In this document: one piece after another, positions 62,112 to 64,000 of the stretch | Layout of the letters: each line of letters begins with the position of its first letter | How positions within the stretch are numbered: the stretch's first letter is position 1 | Assembly: GCA_965644265.1 (NCBI GenBank) | Contig: OZ286468.1 | Span: forward strand, 8,370,001 to 8,434,000 | DNA: 64,000 nucleotides | Source of the DNA: Glycera tridactyla | Taxonomy: Eukaryota | Direction of reading: 5' to 3' | Notes under the pieces: model-generated | Told to the model about the DNA's origin: nothing | Seen by the model: the letters and a program-made list of their open reading frames with translations, nothing else | Databases searched by the model: none | Translations under genes and position numbers: made by a program

Positions 62112-63587
62112 CGTCTATTCATGGTGTTCTTGAAAAGGTTAGACATCCATGGTTTAATACCTAATTCTTGTGTCGTCATTCATGAAACATGATGCTGATA
62201 GTTTTCTTAATGCCTGAGGACTGATCTGTTTTCGCTTGATGAATAATTATAGTACATATCATCAATCAACAAAATTTGACTCCCATCCAACCATAGTGAC
62301 CCACAGTTGTTGAGGACTTTGACAATGAAGTCACAGATCAACAAAAAGTGGCTGTTTCGCCCATAGAAATTTGCTATTTGGGCTCTTTAAATAAACTCTG
62401 AGAAATTCTAGGAATTTGTAGGTTTTTCCACAATATATAAATGCGAGACAATTTTATAGATGTACATGTATATATGTCTTTATAAAGTTTCAAGGACATT
62501 GATTCCCAAATGACCCATGTGGTGTAGGGAGGACATTAAACAGTGCTCAATCAAATCAATCAAGGAAATTGACAGCATGTAACATTTGCCAGAGATCTGT
62601 TGGCTACCCTGATCAGAGTCGAATTTCACCAAGAATTACAGAATATTTTGTAAGGATTCTTTCTGTAATGGCTTCCTAAGAGAAGCGTCCCGACTATGAG
62701 CACCTTTATTTTGGCCAAACATCTCCCGGATCATGTCTGATGTGATTATCTGGATTGAGGCCAGTAGTGAAAAAACGCTTGCATCATCAATAAAAAATTA
62801 GACTCAGACTTGCTGTACAATAGCCCCTCATTTCAAGAATCTACTTGACAGATAGTAAATATTTGGATAAAGGCATAAATTGCTTGTGATGGCTCAAGAT
62901 CAGAACACAATCTGGTAGCATCAAATAAGCTTAGGTGCATTGAATTACTTTGCAATATAGATAAAGTTATGATTTACTAATCACTTGAACATAAAGTCTA
63001 CAGTCTTTTTAGGTAACTTACCAATTTCCACTGAATGGAAGCCACTTTTTCTGTGATCAATATAGATGGAATATTTTTCATGTTACTCAACTTTTTATTT
63101 CTCTTTTTTTTTTAGTGAAGAAAGTATTATATTTAGAGTATTAGATTGATCTGGTTTGTTATTGGAGTGAGCATGCATGACAATGTGAGTTCATTCGTGT
63201 GACATCACCCTTCATCATCATGCTCTCGCAACATAAATTGTACAAAATATTGAAACTGATGTTGTTGAAGATCCTCTTAGGATCCCTCCATGAGATGTTT
63301 GTATGGTATAGTACCCCACAAGAGGTTCATGAGGTTGATCTGTAAGCCATGTCTAGACCTGTTGAAGTGTTTTCTAGCCTTGTAATGTGATGTTATATCA
63401 GAGAATTGACCTTCAATCACGGGAACTGACATTGGTCTTGCCAGGATTGAACTCCAAACAGGAAGTAAATATGGCCGGTCATGTCAGAATTGACCTAAGC
63501 ATTTCGGAAGTGGGAATGGCACTGTCTGTATCTATTGACAGAGCATTGACCTCTTAACAGAAATTAAAATTGGCTCTGTCCGCTAGT

Positions 63588-63870
63588 ATTGACCTTCAGC
63601 AGGAATTTTAAATGCCTTTTCTGTCAGCTTTGACCTCCCAACAGAAAGTAAGAATGACCTCTTGTCAACATTGACCTCCCAACCGAAAGTATGAATGACC
63701 TTTCTGTCAGTATTGACCTCCCAACAGAAAGTGAGAATGTCTTTTCTGTCAGCATTGACCTCCCAACAGAAAGTGAGAATTCCCTTTCTGTCAGCATTGA
63801 TCTCCCAAAAGAAAGGAAGAAAGCCCTCTCTGTCAGCATTGACCCCCAGCAGAAAGTAAGAATGCCCTTT
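63588..63870. repeat. Minisatellite, about 6-7 x 40-42 bp
   Basis: Unit tctgtcagcattgacctcccaacagaaagtgagaatgacctt; ttgacc recurs at 63631, 63671, 63713, 63755, 63797 and 63839. Confidence 0.9.
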
Positions 63871-64000
63871 GTGGCCTTTTTCACACATATATTGTTAAAA
63901 TGTCTCAGTGCAATGAATCCCCTCAAATGTGACGTTTCATCACACTGGGCATGAAAATTACATCCGAGATACTCCTCATCATATTGACATTCAAACTCTG

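Noticed and set aside
55200-64000. Next FLOT1 exon (coiled coil, ..RDFELKKA.YD.EV..)
   Set aside because: Not found by eye; presumed to lie downstream of the window.

Overview
Animal (probably invertebrate) genomic DNA, AT-rich and CpG-poor, with one 583-bp assembly gap. Nearly the whole window is the interior of one + strand flotillin-1 (FLOT1) gene. The exons here encode the SPFH/band-7 domain and the start of the coiled-coil region (about residues 41-190 by analogy to human FLOT1). The first and last coding exons lie outside the window. The main result is that three of the four exon positions are tandemly multiplied. There are four intact 91-nt copies of 'exon 4' (4124, 7291, 15217, 21391), two 144-nt copies of 'exon 5' (35494, 36767), one 120-nt 'exon 6' (47364) and two 96-nt copies of 'exon 7' (54129, 55017). 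All copies keep AG/GT boundaries, length and phase, and differ mostly at synonymous sites. This suggests a Dscam/Mhc-like multi-cluster mutually exclusive splicing system giving at least 4x2x1x2 = 16 isoforms. The introns hold candidate control elements: weak donors, YGCY/C-rich tracts, possible long-range RNA pairings and CTCF-like motifs. There is also a 1.3-kb CpG island with a symmetric, apparently bidirectional promoter between the exon-4 and exon-5 clusters, several MITE families, a tRNA-derived SINE, minisatellites and microsatellites. Exon numbers follow human FLOT1 from memory. No database search or folding calculation was run.
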